Assembly (NCBI GenBank): GCA_040285745.1
Contig: JAUFOR010000008.1
Coordinates: 868,001 to 932,000 of the forward strand
DNA from: Barthelona sp. PCE
Taxonomy: Eukaryota
DNA length: 64,000 nucleotides
Direction of reading: 5' to 3'
A program made the position numbers and the translations under genes. Below are positions 55,996 to 64,000 of this stretch, in pieces. Each line of letters begins with the position of its first letter. Position 1 is the stretch's first letter. The notes below the pieces were generated by a model. That model saw nothing but the letters and a program-made list of their open reading frames with translations, searched no databases and was not told where the DNA came from.

Positions 55996-57510
55996 CTAGT
56001 CATGATGAGGAAGAGCAATATTGTGCTTATGGAACCACTCGTTGAACTGACGAGGTACTTCAGCCAGCACACAATGAGCTAAATCACCCATAAGGTACTC
56101 ACCATCTTCTGACATATAATCACGCAGACAAACAAATTGGACGCAATCACGTTCGCACTCTTCGCCTTCTTCACTCTTTAAAGCAGACAAATCGACATCA
56201 CCATCAAGAATATGTAATTTATCAAAATTATTGTTTCCAAGACCGCAAATAATGATAGAGATGGGTAATTTGGCAGCAGCGTTGATGGCGTTGATAGTTT
56301 GTGTGAAATCCGTTGGCTCACCGTCAGTCAAAATGAGAACAATATGATAGACCACCTTGTCATTCTCCAATTCCGTATTCACACGTTCAATAGCATGGTT
56401 GATTGTGGGTGAAAAGCATGTGGGTCCAGACATTTCTACTAAATCAAGAGCTCTTCGAAGATGATCTCCAACAGTTTCGATACCGTGCAGCTCTTCAATA
56501 TCATGCACTAAAGAGATTGGGAAACAGTGTTCAACACGTCCCGAAGGGCACATTGCGCCGAATAGGAAGGCTGGAATCATTTGATCACTGTCATAAGGTT
56601 CTAATATTGACCCTATAGCCTTTAAGGCTTTTAGGTATGGACTTTCTGTCTTCTCATCTGAAAAGTGAAGTGAGTCCTTCTGATAGTGTACAATGTTTGA
56701 TTTAGTACAATCAATGGAGCACATGAACTGAATTTCAGTACCAGCCTGAACATATTCAAGGAAACTATGTTTCTTTTCTATCGATCCGTTCCACTCAATT
56801 GTGGATGTGGATGTTCCTTCGAAACGCATAATACGTTCCTCTAATAACTTACTGACAGAGGCGTATACAGTCGAATAAACTATGCCTCTCGTTGATCGAA
56901 TCGTCCATTGAATTTCTCTTTCGATATCACCGTTACATAGAGAGCTGATGCTGATGTCCATTGGTGCTAATTTCAATATATCATCTTCACCAACATCACG
57001 TGTTGAAAAATGATGTGAACGATAACTGGTTGTGTAAGTGTCTTCTCCTGGGGTCTTACATGAAGCAACAAGGTGGAGTGTGACGCTGGAACGACAGCAG
57101 CCTAATGGAGGAGGAGTGAAATCATTCAGCTTCATGTCAAGATGCAAAATATCCATACAAACTTTTTCCTCTTCAATATTCACAACCAACCACTTTCTTT
57201 TGAAGTTTCCGGTGGACTTAAGAGCCTCAACAGGGGTGAATGTTACGGTATCTTCAATATCTTTAGAATTTGAATAAATCTCAACCTTTAAATGCTGTTT
57301 AACCTCAAATGTGTATGATGCAGTGAATGACTCATACGTAACAAGCCCATTATCCTCTGATAATATCCTGTTATCCTCAGAATCATATGTTTCTAATAGT
57401 TGTTCTTCTTCATTGCCGAGTTTTTCGTAGACAAGAACCTTTGAAACTGCATGATCAAAGTGTTCAGTGTCGACTGAGATGGTAACTTGTAAGTTAGGCC
57501 TTAACTGCAT
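55996..57510 (-). CDS. Copine (two C2 domains plus vWA)
   Basis: SLCNGD, IDCTKSN, YDSDQMIPAFLFGA, GPTCFSP, ILTDG, RDCVQFV, LAEVPRQ. Confidence 0.93.
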   Translation of the reverse strand: MQLRPNLQVTISVDTEHFDHAVSKVLVYEKLGNEEEQLLETYDSEDNRILSEDNGLVTYESFTASYTFEVKQHLKVEIYSNSKDIEDTVTFTPVEALKSTGNFKRKWLVVNIEEEKVCMDILHLDMKLNDFTPPPLGCCRSSVTLHLVASCKTPGEDTYTTSYRSHHFSTRDVGEDDILKLAPMDISISSLCNGDIEREIQWTIRSTRGIVYSTVYASVSKLLEERIMRFEGTSTSTIEWNGSIEKKHSFLEYVQAGTEIQFMCSIDCTKSNIVHYQKDSLHFSDEKTESPYLKALKAIGSILEPYDSDQMIPAFLFGAMCPSGRVEHCFPISLVHDIEELHGIETVGDHLRRALDLVEMSGPTCFSPTINHAIERVNTELENDKVVYHIVLILTDGEPTDFTQTINAINAAAKLPISIIICGLGNNNFDKLHILDGDVDLSALKSEEGEECERDCVQFVCLRDYMSEDGEYLMGDLAHCVLAEVPRQFNEWFHKHNIALPHHD

Positions 57511-57696
57511 GGAAAAATTTGAAATCAGGGAAGACAATTCATTTGTTTCACGCGCATCCTTTAATATAACCCTTAAGTATGTAGTTAACCATGATCAGAA
57601 CACATTTAACATCAATATTTTCAGTATGTGTGAAGAAACATAACATAATCTGCATTAGTGTTTTCACGCCATATCTTTGTACATTTTTAAGACTTC

Positions 57697-58225
57697 ATGA
57701 GCTCAACCAGCGGTTCCAAGATGCAATCTTTCAATAACGAACTTGTTCAGTGTATATTTTTTTTTGTTGAGTGTAGCAGTTTGTGAGTAAGCAAACATGC
57801 ATGGGTAATATAGCGCCACGCTTTGAGAGGGCCATATTCGGTTGGTGCACCGGTTTTTACATTTTTGCTTTATACCTGCAGAAAGAAAATTGTTTACTGC
57901 TTGCGATAGATACATTCAACATTTTATATTAACGTTATCCTAACATTTAGGCATTGGGGATTTACGAACCAAGCGCGATGATCTCGGCCTTGAGATTGAG
58001 AAGGGTAAAGAAGAAAAAGCCAAGGTACAGGCTGATTTAAAGGTCTTGAGTGATAGATTGAGCCGCCTTAATGAGCAGATTCAGCGAAAGACTGCCACAA
58101 TGAATGAATATACCAGAACTATTCAAGAATCAGAAAATGCTTTTGAAAAAATCATGGAAAGTAGTCAAACTTTGCTTACAGTTTTGAAACGCGAAAGTCA
58201 TTCCTTAGCCAAGCATTCCAACTAA
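57697..58225 (+). CDS. SSNA1: SSNA1/DIP13 microtubule-associated coiled-coil protein, two exons (57697-57751 and 57951-58225), 109 aa
   Basis: Spliced product [27 protein letters not shown]...[27 protein letters not shown]; absent from the ORF track. Confidence 0.92.
57752..57950 (+). other. Spliceosomal intron, 199 nt, phase 1
   Basis: GTATAT...CTAACATTTAG; removal restores NNELVQCI. Confidence 0.9.
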
Positions 58226-58266
58226 CTAAAAAAGAATAAAATCAGTGTTATTGTTGTCTATACTAT

Positions 58267-58731
58267 TTACTGATTCTTTGATGGAATAATATGATAATTC
58301 ACTGGATTATTAGATACCTTCATATTAAATAAAAACATTACACTTACCAATAAGATACCAATAGATAAAATAACAGTCCAAAAAACAACTTGGAAAGTTT
58401 CTAGATCGAATGAACGATCAACAAAGATATCTGCTTTCTCTGGATCATTCACTATAATGAAATGATTAAATATCTTATTGTATTGCTTTGGTGAATGATT
58501 GCTATCTATTTCAATAACTGCTAGATCTTGTGTGTCAGCATATTCAATGGCATCAGACCCATCGTAGACGTAATGCTTGGTTTGGGCGTCAGAGATATCC
58601 CCATATCGAATATATACATTGCCAGTGGCTTCATCATACTGTAAAGAGTCGATAAACTCGTTTGTGGATGCAATGGTCAGTCCTGCCACACATGCTAGTA
58701 ACATGGAGCACAAAAAAATGGCTTTCAACAT
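58267..58731 (-). CDS. Small type-I membrane protein, ATP6AP2/V-ATPase accessory-like
   Basis: Signal peptide; FQVVFWT...LFNMKVSNNPVNY resembles the ATP6AP2 TM and tail. Confidence 0.55.
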   Translation of the reverse strand: MLKAIFLCSMLLACVAGLTIASTNEFIDSLQYDEATGNVYIRYGDISDAQTKHYVYDGSDAIEYADTQDLAVIEIDSNHSPKQYNKIFNHFIIVNDPEKADIFVDRSFDLETFQVVFWTVILSIGILLVSVMFLFNMKVSNNPVNYHIIPSKNQ

Positions 58732-58937
58732 GCCCAGGTTAAGTAAGAAGATGAAAAGATGAAAACAATGTATATCTCTTATATGCTCTTTTTGATACAT
58801 CCATGTAGTATATAAAAGGGATATTTAACAATAAAAGGCTTGAGAAATCATCGACAACTTAAACAGGATAAATTATCCACAATTCCTTATTTAACCCTTT
58901 CTGCTTACAAAATTGCACTTATTATGTATGTTTTATT

Positions 58938-59044
58938 GGACAGTGACGATAAAGGCATTTGTCATAGGATGTTAGAAGTACGTTTTGTACTTCTACTTTG
59001 CTGCTGATGCTTTGTTTTTTATTTACCATTCTTTCTCTGAGTCC
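58938..59044 (+). ncRNA. Candidate box C/D snoRNA (U15/snR13-like guide)
   Basis: GGAC/GTCC terminal stem, C-like GTGACGA, D box CTGA, guide AGGCATTTG, internal hairpin, C'-like TGATGC. Confidence 0.6.
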
Positions 59045-59369
59045 TTAAGCTTACATTTAGTATTTATCTACGTTTAGCAAACTTTTTGAACTTGCAATAA
59101 GTTTGAAAGTTTTTTTTTGTGGGCTTTTTTGTTCTAATAATTTAACCTTTTTGAACAACTTTTTTGTTCTATTATGTGGTACCTGCATATTTTAACTGCA
59201 CCTTTAAACTGATATTTTTTGGAGAAGTATTTCTGGTTTCGCACAACATATTTATTCAATATTTTCAATCTTTAACCAATCTCAGGCTACATCATAGGTA
59301 TGATAAACGATGTCTAATTGTCTAAATAAAAAAGAATAGCTGTAAAAAAATTCTTCTTCTATATCTTCA

Positions 59370-60095
59370 ATGAATTGTTTAAGTCTTGTTAAGTCTGATC
59401 TTTGTGAACCAGATGTGTTCGAATTCACACAGTTAATCCGTCGTTCGGTCGAATCAGATGGGAATTGTCTCTTTACTGCATTATCTTATCTAATTTCTGG
59501 CGAGGAGAACCCTTTGGCGATGCGCAACCATATCACATCAGCCTTCCTTGATGACATTGATCGATTCAAACCGTTTTTACAAGATGCTGATCCTTTGGAC
59601 TATGCTACATCTATATTGGGAGTTAAGGAGCTGGCTTGGGGCGGTGAGATTGAACTTATCATTGCAAGCCGTATCTTTAAAATCAAAATTGTTGTTTTTG
59701 ATATTGCACGCAGTGTAATTCTTGAATTTAATGATTCTGATGTTTCAAATGGATTTATTTTGCTTGCATACAATGGAATACATTATGATCCGGTTGTATT
59801 TACTCCTTCTGAAGCATTTACTACTCAATTCACGGTTAAAGATGATGAAATTTTTGGAATCAGGCATCAAACGGCTGAATTTGATTTTCGTCGCTTTATT
59901 TACAGTGAATCAGCTGTTGAGGCCGCGAAGGTACATCTTAAGATTGTAGGAGAGGCTCTTCATGTATCAAAGCAGTATGTTGATGAAGAAAAAATGAGTT
60001 TAATTTGTGATGATTGTCAAATGAAGTTTTCTGATACCAAAGCCGCTCAAAAACATGGTGAAACAACTGGACATCAGAATTTTAGACAACTTTAA
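59370..60095 (+). CDS. OTU1/YOD1-type deubiquitinase with C2H2 finger
   Basis: SDGNCLF, WGGEIEL, YNGIHYD, CDDC...HGETTGH. Confidence 0.9.
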   Translation: MNCLSLVKSDLCEPDVFEFTQLIRRSVESDGNCLFTALSYLISGEENPLAMRNHITSAFLDDIDRFKPFLQDADPLDYATSILGVKELAWGGEIELIIASRIFKIKIVVFDIARSVILEFNDSDVSNGFILLAYNGIHYDPVVFTPSEAFTTQFTVKDDEIFGIRHQTAEFDFRRFIYSESAVEAAKVHLKIVGEALHVSKQYVDEEKMSLICDDCQMKFSDTKAAQKHGETTGHQNFRQL

Positions 60096-60108
60096 TTTAG
60101 AATTTTAT

Positions 60109-60807
60109 TTAGTTCACTCTATTTCCTTGTCCCATCCATGGATTGTTAGCTTGAGCAGCATCTTGCTGCTCTGGTTGTGGGTTTTCAACTCTATTAATCA
60201 CCTTTTCCAATATTTTAGGAGTTCTTAATGGATCGACTCCACTTGTAGCTGGTAAAACATCATGTAAATAAAAATATAAATGTGAAACCAAGAAAGCAAC
60301 AATAAGCTCCTTCAATGAATCACCCATTAACCAATGTAATAAAAGGAATGCGATTGGTAAATACTTTGCTTGTAATGGAAAAAATAACAACATAACATTA
60401 CGGTTAGGGTTCCGTCTACTTGACAGGTAGATGATACCAAACTCTAAAGCTCTACTTAAAATAATGATTTTTAACGCTGGTGCAATGCCAATCGTTACAA
60501 CCATAGTAAAAATAAAGAAGTACAAATATTCTGCTGTATCTCCAATGGATTGTTCTAATGAACGGGAGTATTGGAACAGCATGAACAGTACGAACAAAGT
60601 TTGTACTGACAACTCACCATAAAAGAAAAATGGTGTTATCAAACGCCATATCTCACCTCGTTTGATCAAAGGCCAAAGGAAAATGTGGCTCATGGGGGTT
60701 GTGATTCCTAATTTCAAAGCTACACTTAAAACTATGACACATCCCATATAAATGCGTGTAATAACTGGAATAGATCGAATAAACCCTTCAAAGTCGCGAG
60801 CTACCAT
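60109..60807 (-). CDS. Derlin (ERAD rhomboid pseudoprotease)
   Basis: IPVITR, EIWRLITPFFFYG, QYSRSLE, AKYLP, SHP box WMGQGNRV. Confidence 0.92.
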   Translation of the reverse strand: MVARDFEGFIRSIPVITRIYMGCVIVLSVALKLGITTPMSHIFLWPLIKRGEIWRLITPFFFYGELSVQTLFVLFMLFQYSRSLEQSIGDTAEYLYFFIFTMVVTIGIAPALKIIILSRALEFGIIYLSSRRNPNRNVMLLFFPLQAKYLPIAFLLLHWLMGDSLKELIVAFLVSHLYFYLHDVLPATSGVDPLRTPKILEKVINRVENPQPEQQDAAQANNPWMGQGNRVN

Positions 60808-61081
60808 TATTTTGTGTGTGTAAATAAAGTAAAAGCTTAAACGGTTGTGTAAAAAAAGCTATTTATCTTAAAACGATTTCTATATTTATTCAACGCAGTA
60901 CAATCAACATAAATTCATTGATTGCTATCTCACATCATGAATTTTTGAATAGTTAAGCATATCTTGATCCTCTTGATCCTCTAAACAAAACAATGTCTTT
61001 TTTTCAAAAATAATATCGTGCATAAGTGCACTCACCACAATATACTTTCAACAAAGATTATGTATCATAAAATTCACTGTA

Positions 61082-61405
61082 TTAAGAAAAAACAGAAGCG
61101 GCCACGTCGGTGATGGCGGCGACGTTGCGGTCGAGCTCCGCGGGCCCGTCGAGAAACCCCGAGTCGAGGTCTGTCGACGCGAACGCCCCCGACGTCGTCT
61201 CACCATCAACGTGCATGTAGCGCCCCCGCACCTCAACGACGCCAATAACGTGGCCGTTGGGGACATCAGTGCGCCGCTTCTCGACGCGGCACCCGTGGAA
61301 CGCGAACTGGTCGCTATCTTCGAAGCACTTGCAATAATCGGCAACCTCGACCTCGCCCTCGTTTGCAAGCCCAAAGGGGAGATGCACAAGCTTGATATCA
61401 GTCAT
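61082..61405 (-). CDS. Ribonuclease H2 subunit C-like protein
   Basis: VHLPFGLANEGEVEVADY...AFHGCRV...VPNGH pattern; about 107 aa. Confidence 0.6.
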   Translation of the reverse strand: MTDIKLVHLPFGLANEGEVEVADYCKCFEDSDQFAFHGCRVEKRRTDVPNGHVIGVVEVRGRYMHVDGETTSGAFASTDLDSGFLDGPAELDRNVAAITDVAASVFS

Positions 61406-61483
61406 AGAACGCTGCCCTGCGTGCAAGAAACGCGAAAGAGTGAGAAAAGCAGAAACAAGACTATTATATTTACACGGTAAGGA

Positions 61484-62179
61484 TTACTTCTTGCCAAGGA
61501 GGGCGAGAATCTTGAGGAAGAGGTTGATGATGTCCAGATAGATGATGGCAGCAAATGTGTACACGTCCTCCTGGCTGCTGGGGCATAGTCTGCCCAGCGT
61601 GAGGATGAAGTACGTGTCGACAACGATGTAGATCGAGAACACGAGCGCGCCCAGGATGCAGTACAGCTTGTAGAACATGTCGAAGGACAGAGGGATGAAG
61701 ATGAGGGCAATGTAGCCGACGAGTGCGGCGAGCAGGAGGGTTAAGCACTGGCTCATGACGCTGTATGTGGCGCTGCGGTATGTGTAGACAGTGAGCGTGT
61801 AGAAGAGGAACATCGTGATGATGCCTGCGGTGACGACAGTCTCTGTATCGTAGAGCATGCAGCAGAAGCCGACGAGGAAGCCGGTCGCGCCAGTGAACAC
61901 CGTCAGGAGGATGACGTTCATGGGGTGGACGCGGCTGAAGCAGAAGAGCATGATGAGGGAGACGAACATGACGATGATGGATCCGAGGAGGAGTCCGCTC
62001 AGGCTCTCAATGTTGGAGAAGAGGGTGGAGCGGAGCGCCATCATGACACCGGCGATAACGGCCGTGAGGAGGAGCTGAGCGGAAACGACGGAGTAAAGCT
62101 TGGAGACGAACCCGAGGAACATCTCGTCTTCGACTGTCAGTGGTGAGGGCTGCCCAATGTCTTTGTAAGCGGGTTGCAT
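61484..62179 (-). CDS. Bax inhibitor-1/lifeguard (TMBIM) family protein
   Basis: FVSKLYSVVSAQL, HPMNVILL, YIVVDT, IYLDIINLF. Confidence 0.9.
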   Translation of the reverse strand: MQPAYKDIGQPSPLTVEDEMFLGFVSKLYSVVSAQLLLTAVIAGVMMALRSTLFSNIESLSGLLLGSIIVMFVSLIMLFCFSRVHPMNVILLTVFTGATGFLVGFCCMLYDTETVVTAGIITMFLFYTLTVYTYRSATYSVMSQCLTLLLAALVGYIALIFIPLSFDMFYKLYCILGALVFSIYIVVDTYFILTLGRLCPSSQEDVYTFAAIIYLDIINLFLKILALLGKK

Positions 62180-62249
62180 TTGGAAACGGAGGTAAAGCTA
62201 AAACCGCTTCGCTTTCACCGTTGGATGCCTCCTGTCTGGTGTGGTCTGT

Positions 62250-63053
62250 TTACAATCGGCATGCTGAGCCACATGCCTCAGTGCCGAGCGAAGAGTTCAC
62301 TGGTTTCAGTTGCCTGATCGAGACCTCGTGGATGAAGCCGTCACGCGCAACGTACACGCTGAGGCAGTCCCTGCTCACTCGCCTGAACTCGCCTCCGAGC
62401 TCGAAACGCCCGCGCAGGCACAACGCATACCCCTCAACCGGATCGATCATGACCAGACTCTTGAAGTCCGCATCGCCGTGAACCTGCAGGTGCTCTGAGC
62501 GCACACCGTAGGGTAGCGCCTGTCCGCGAAGCACAAGCCCGTCACGAACACGCGATACATTCGAGCGGCACACGAGGAACACATCCTTGCTGTCCCTGCT
62601 GAACCCAGCCCATAGCACCCCGTCCTCGAGCGCAACGTCGGCCGTTGTCTCGGCACCGTGTCCCATCAGCTGCACGATCCGGAAGCGGCCGGCGGTGACT
62701 ACTGATACTGCTCCCTCGTCGGAGATGCACAGCGCCTCGAGCTCACCATCGCCAAGGTCATCGCGCGCCACGACCGATGCGGCAGAGACGGTGCCGATTG
62801 ACAAGCTGCGGCTGGCAGCGACGGCGAATGTGCCGTTTTCGGCTATGCAGAAGAGCGCATCCTGCGGGGCGGCGTGCGTGTGCACCGCGGCGTATGAGCC
62901 GCCATCTACCCGCTCGAAAATGTGTATCGCGTCGGGAGTGCGGAACGCAAGAAAGCCCTCGTACCGAGACGCGTACCGCCCGCTGTGCACCATGCCCGGG
63001 TCGAACACGCGTTCTCTGCCGCTGAAAGGCGTTCCCTGCCCAGAAGATGACAT
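62250..63053 (-). CDS. Hypothetical protein, possible partial beta-propeller
   Basis: 267-aa ATG ORF with protein-like composition; the overlapping frames are low-complexity. Confidence 0.55.
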   Translation of the reverse strand: MSSSGQGTPFSGRERVFDPGMVHSGRYASRYEGFLAFRTPDAIHIFERVDGGSYAAVHTHAAPQDALFCIAENGTFAVAASRSLSIGTVSAASVVARDDLGDGELEALCISDEGAVSVVTAGRFRIVQLMGHGAETTADVALEDGVLWAGFSRDSKDVFLVCRSNVSRVRDGLVLRGQALPYGVRSEHLQVHGDADFKSLVMIDPVEGYALCLRGRFELGGEFRRVSRDCLSVYVARDGFIHEVSIRQLKPVNSSLGTEACGSACRL

Positions 63054-63573
63054 ATGCGATGAAAAAGGCTGGAAAATGGAATACGCTCGTCAGCCGCCTC
63101 CCGGCCGCGCCCACGGCCGCACCCATCCGGAGCACCCACGCCAACACGCCACATGGCCAGGAATCGGCTGGCAGCGGGCGCACGCGTATCGTCCCAATAC
63201 GAGGCAGCACTGCATCTTGCGCGGTCCCTGTGCATGGGAGCTCACACATAGGCCACGTGGGCGCCGTGAGGGAGCCGCATCGCGACATCTGCAGAAAGGC
63301 TCATTTACAGTTTCGAATTAGCACGCGTCCCAGCGGTCGCAGCACCCGCCCACCACACCGCCACCGTCGCCCGCTTACCGAAGAAACCTACAGCTCAGCT
63401 CAGATTGGCATTTACACATTTTCCCACAACCAGCGTGGGGCTCGCTTGTGGCGCCGAAGCCACGGACGTATAAAGGAAAAACGCCCCACGCCACCCAAAA
63501 ATTCCATGAATATGAATGCCTTGGTTAAGGCTCAGATTCAAGTTTCTCACCTCATTCAATTTGCTGATACAAG

Positions 63574-64000
63574 ATGCGTAAATTTGCCATATTCTGCCTC
63601 GCACTGCTGCTTGTTGCCGCAGTCGCGACCAACTACGAGTACGAAGAAGAAACCGAGTACCACCACAAGCCCAATTGCCGCCCCAAGTGTCGCCGTCACT
63701 GCAGATACGGCAAGTGTTACAAGAAGTGCCGCCCCTGCCATCCCCCCAAGCCCAAGCCCAAGCCCAAGCCATGCAAGATAGATTGTTCAAAGGTTACAGA
63801 AGAGCAGGTTCTTTTCAAGCTCTGGTTCACCGCCAAGGGCAAGTACTGCAAGAAGCACTCTTTCCCCCACTTCCACAAGCACCTCAAGGGCATCAAGCTC
63901 CCCAAGGTCTGTGATCTCGATGACTCCGGTGCCTACTACGATGCCAACACACCTCCTTACTACGGCGTTACCTGCAAGTCCGGCAAGGTTGTTGAAATCG
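63574..64000 (+). CDS. Secreted Cys/Lys/His-rich protein entering an LRR N-cap (cyst-wall-protein-like); runs off the window
   Basis: MRKFAIFCLALLLVAAVA...CRPKCRRHCRYGKCYKKCRPCHPPKPKPKPKPC...EQVLFKLWFTAKG...VCD...YYGVTCKSGKVVEI; open to the window end and missing from the ORF track. Confidence 0.75.
   Translation, partial: MRKFAIFCLALLLVAAVATNYEYEEETEYHHKPNCRPKCRRHCRYGKCYKKCRPCHPPKPKPKPKPCKIDCSKVTEEQVLFKLWFTAKGKYCKKHSFPHFHKHLKGIKLPKVCDLDDSGAYYDANTPPYYGVTCKSGKVVEI

Noticed and set aside
63745-63770. (CCCAAG)n as a telomere-like repeat
   Set aside because: It encodes the in-frame (Pro-Lys)4 linker
62140-63914. Numerous long overlapping ORFs in the GC-rich block
   Set aside because: Arg/Pro/Ala-rich artefacts of high GC

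Overview
Gene-dense, mostly AT-rich eukaryotic DNA with about 45 protein genes, very short intergenic spacers and the standard genetic code. It is most likely a protist. The Giardia/Trichomonas-style introns suggest a metamonad, but that is an inference. Recognisable genes include RUVBL1, RPL23A, NDC1, RPS29, KRTCAP2, GGH, SRP54, INO80B, AP-2 mu, Ubc6, DDX49/Dbp8, a FAM13-like RhoGAP, LTN1, a SAMHD1-like dNTPase, SerRS, a Prp39-like protein, copine, SSNA1, OTU1, Derlin and a BI-1/LFG protein. The ORF track misses three genes: a giant (>2630 aa) secreted beta-helix-like protein at <1-7916 (minus), a spliced SSNA1, and a secreted LRR/cyst-wall-like protein at the right edge. Main highlights: (1) five spliceosomal introns with GTAT donors and a fixed YTRAY-NNN-TAG branch/acceptor, where the three long ones are closed by terminal stems leaving about 32-42 unpaired nt; (2) a 7TM GPCR fused to an inositol 5-phosphatase plus C2-like domain; (3) a candidate U15/snR13-like box C/D snoRNA; (4) an unexplained GC-rich rod-like RNA element at about 19.7 kb; (5) a divergent Tim17-family protein; (6) an abrupt GC-rich block from about 61.1 kb. 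All protein calls come from motif recognition by eye and all folds from manual pairing. No database searches were run.
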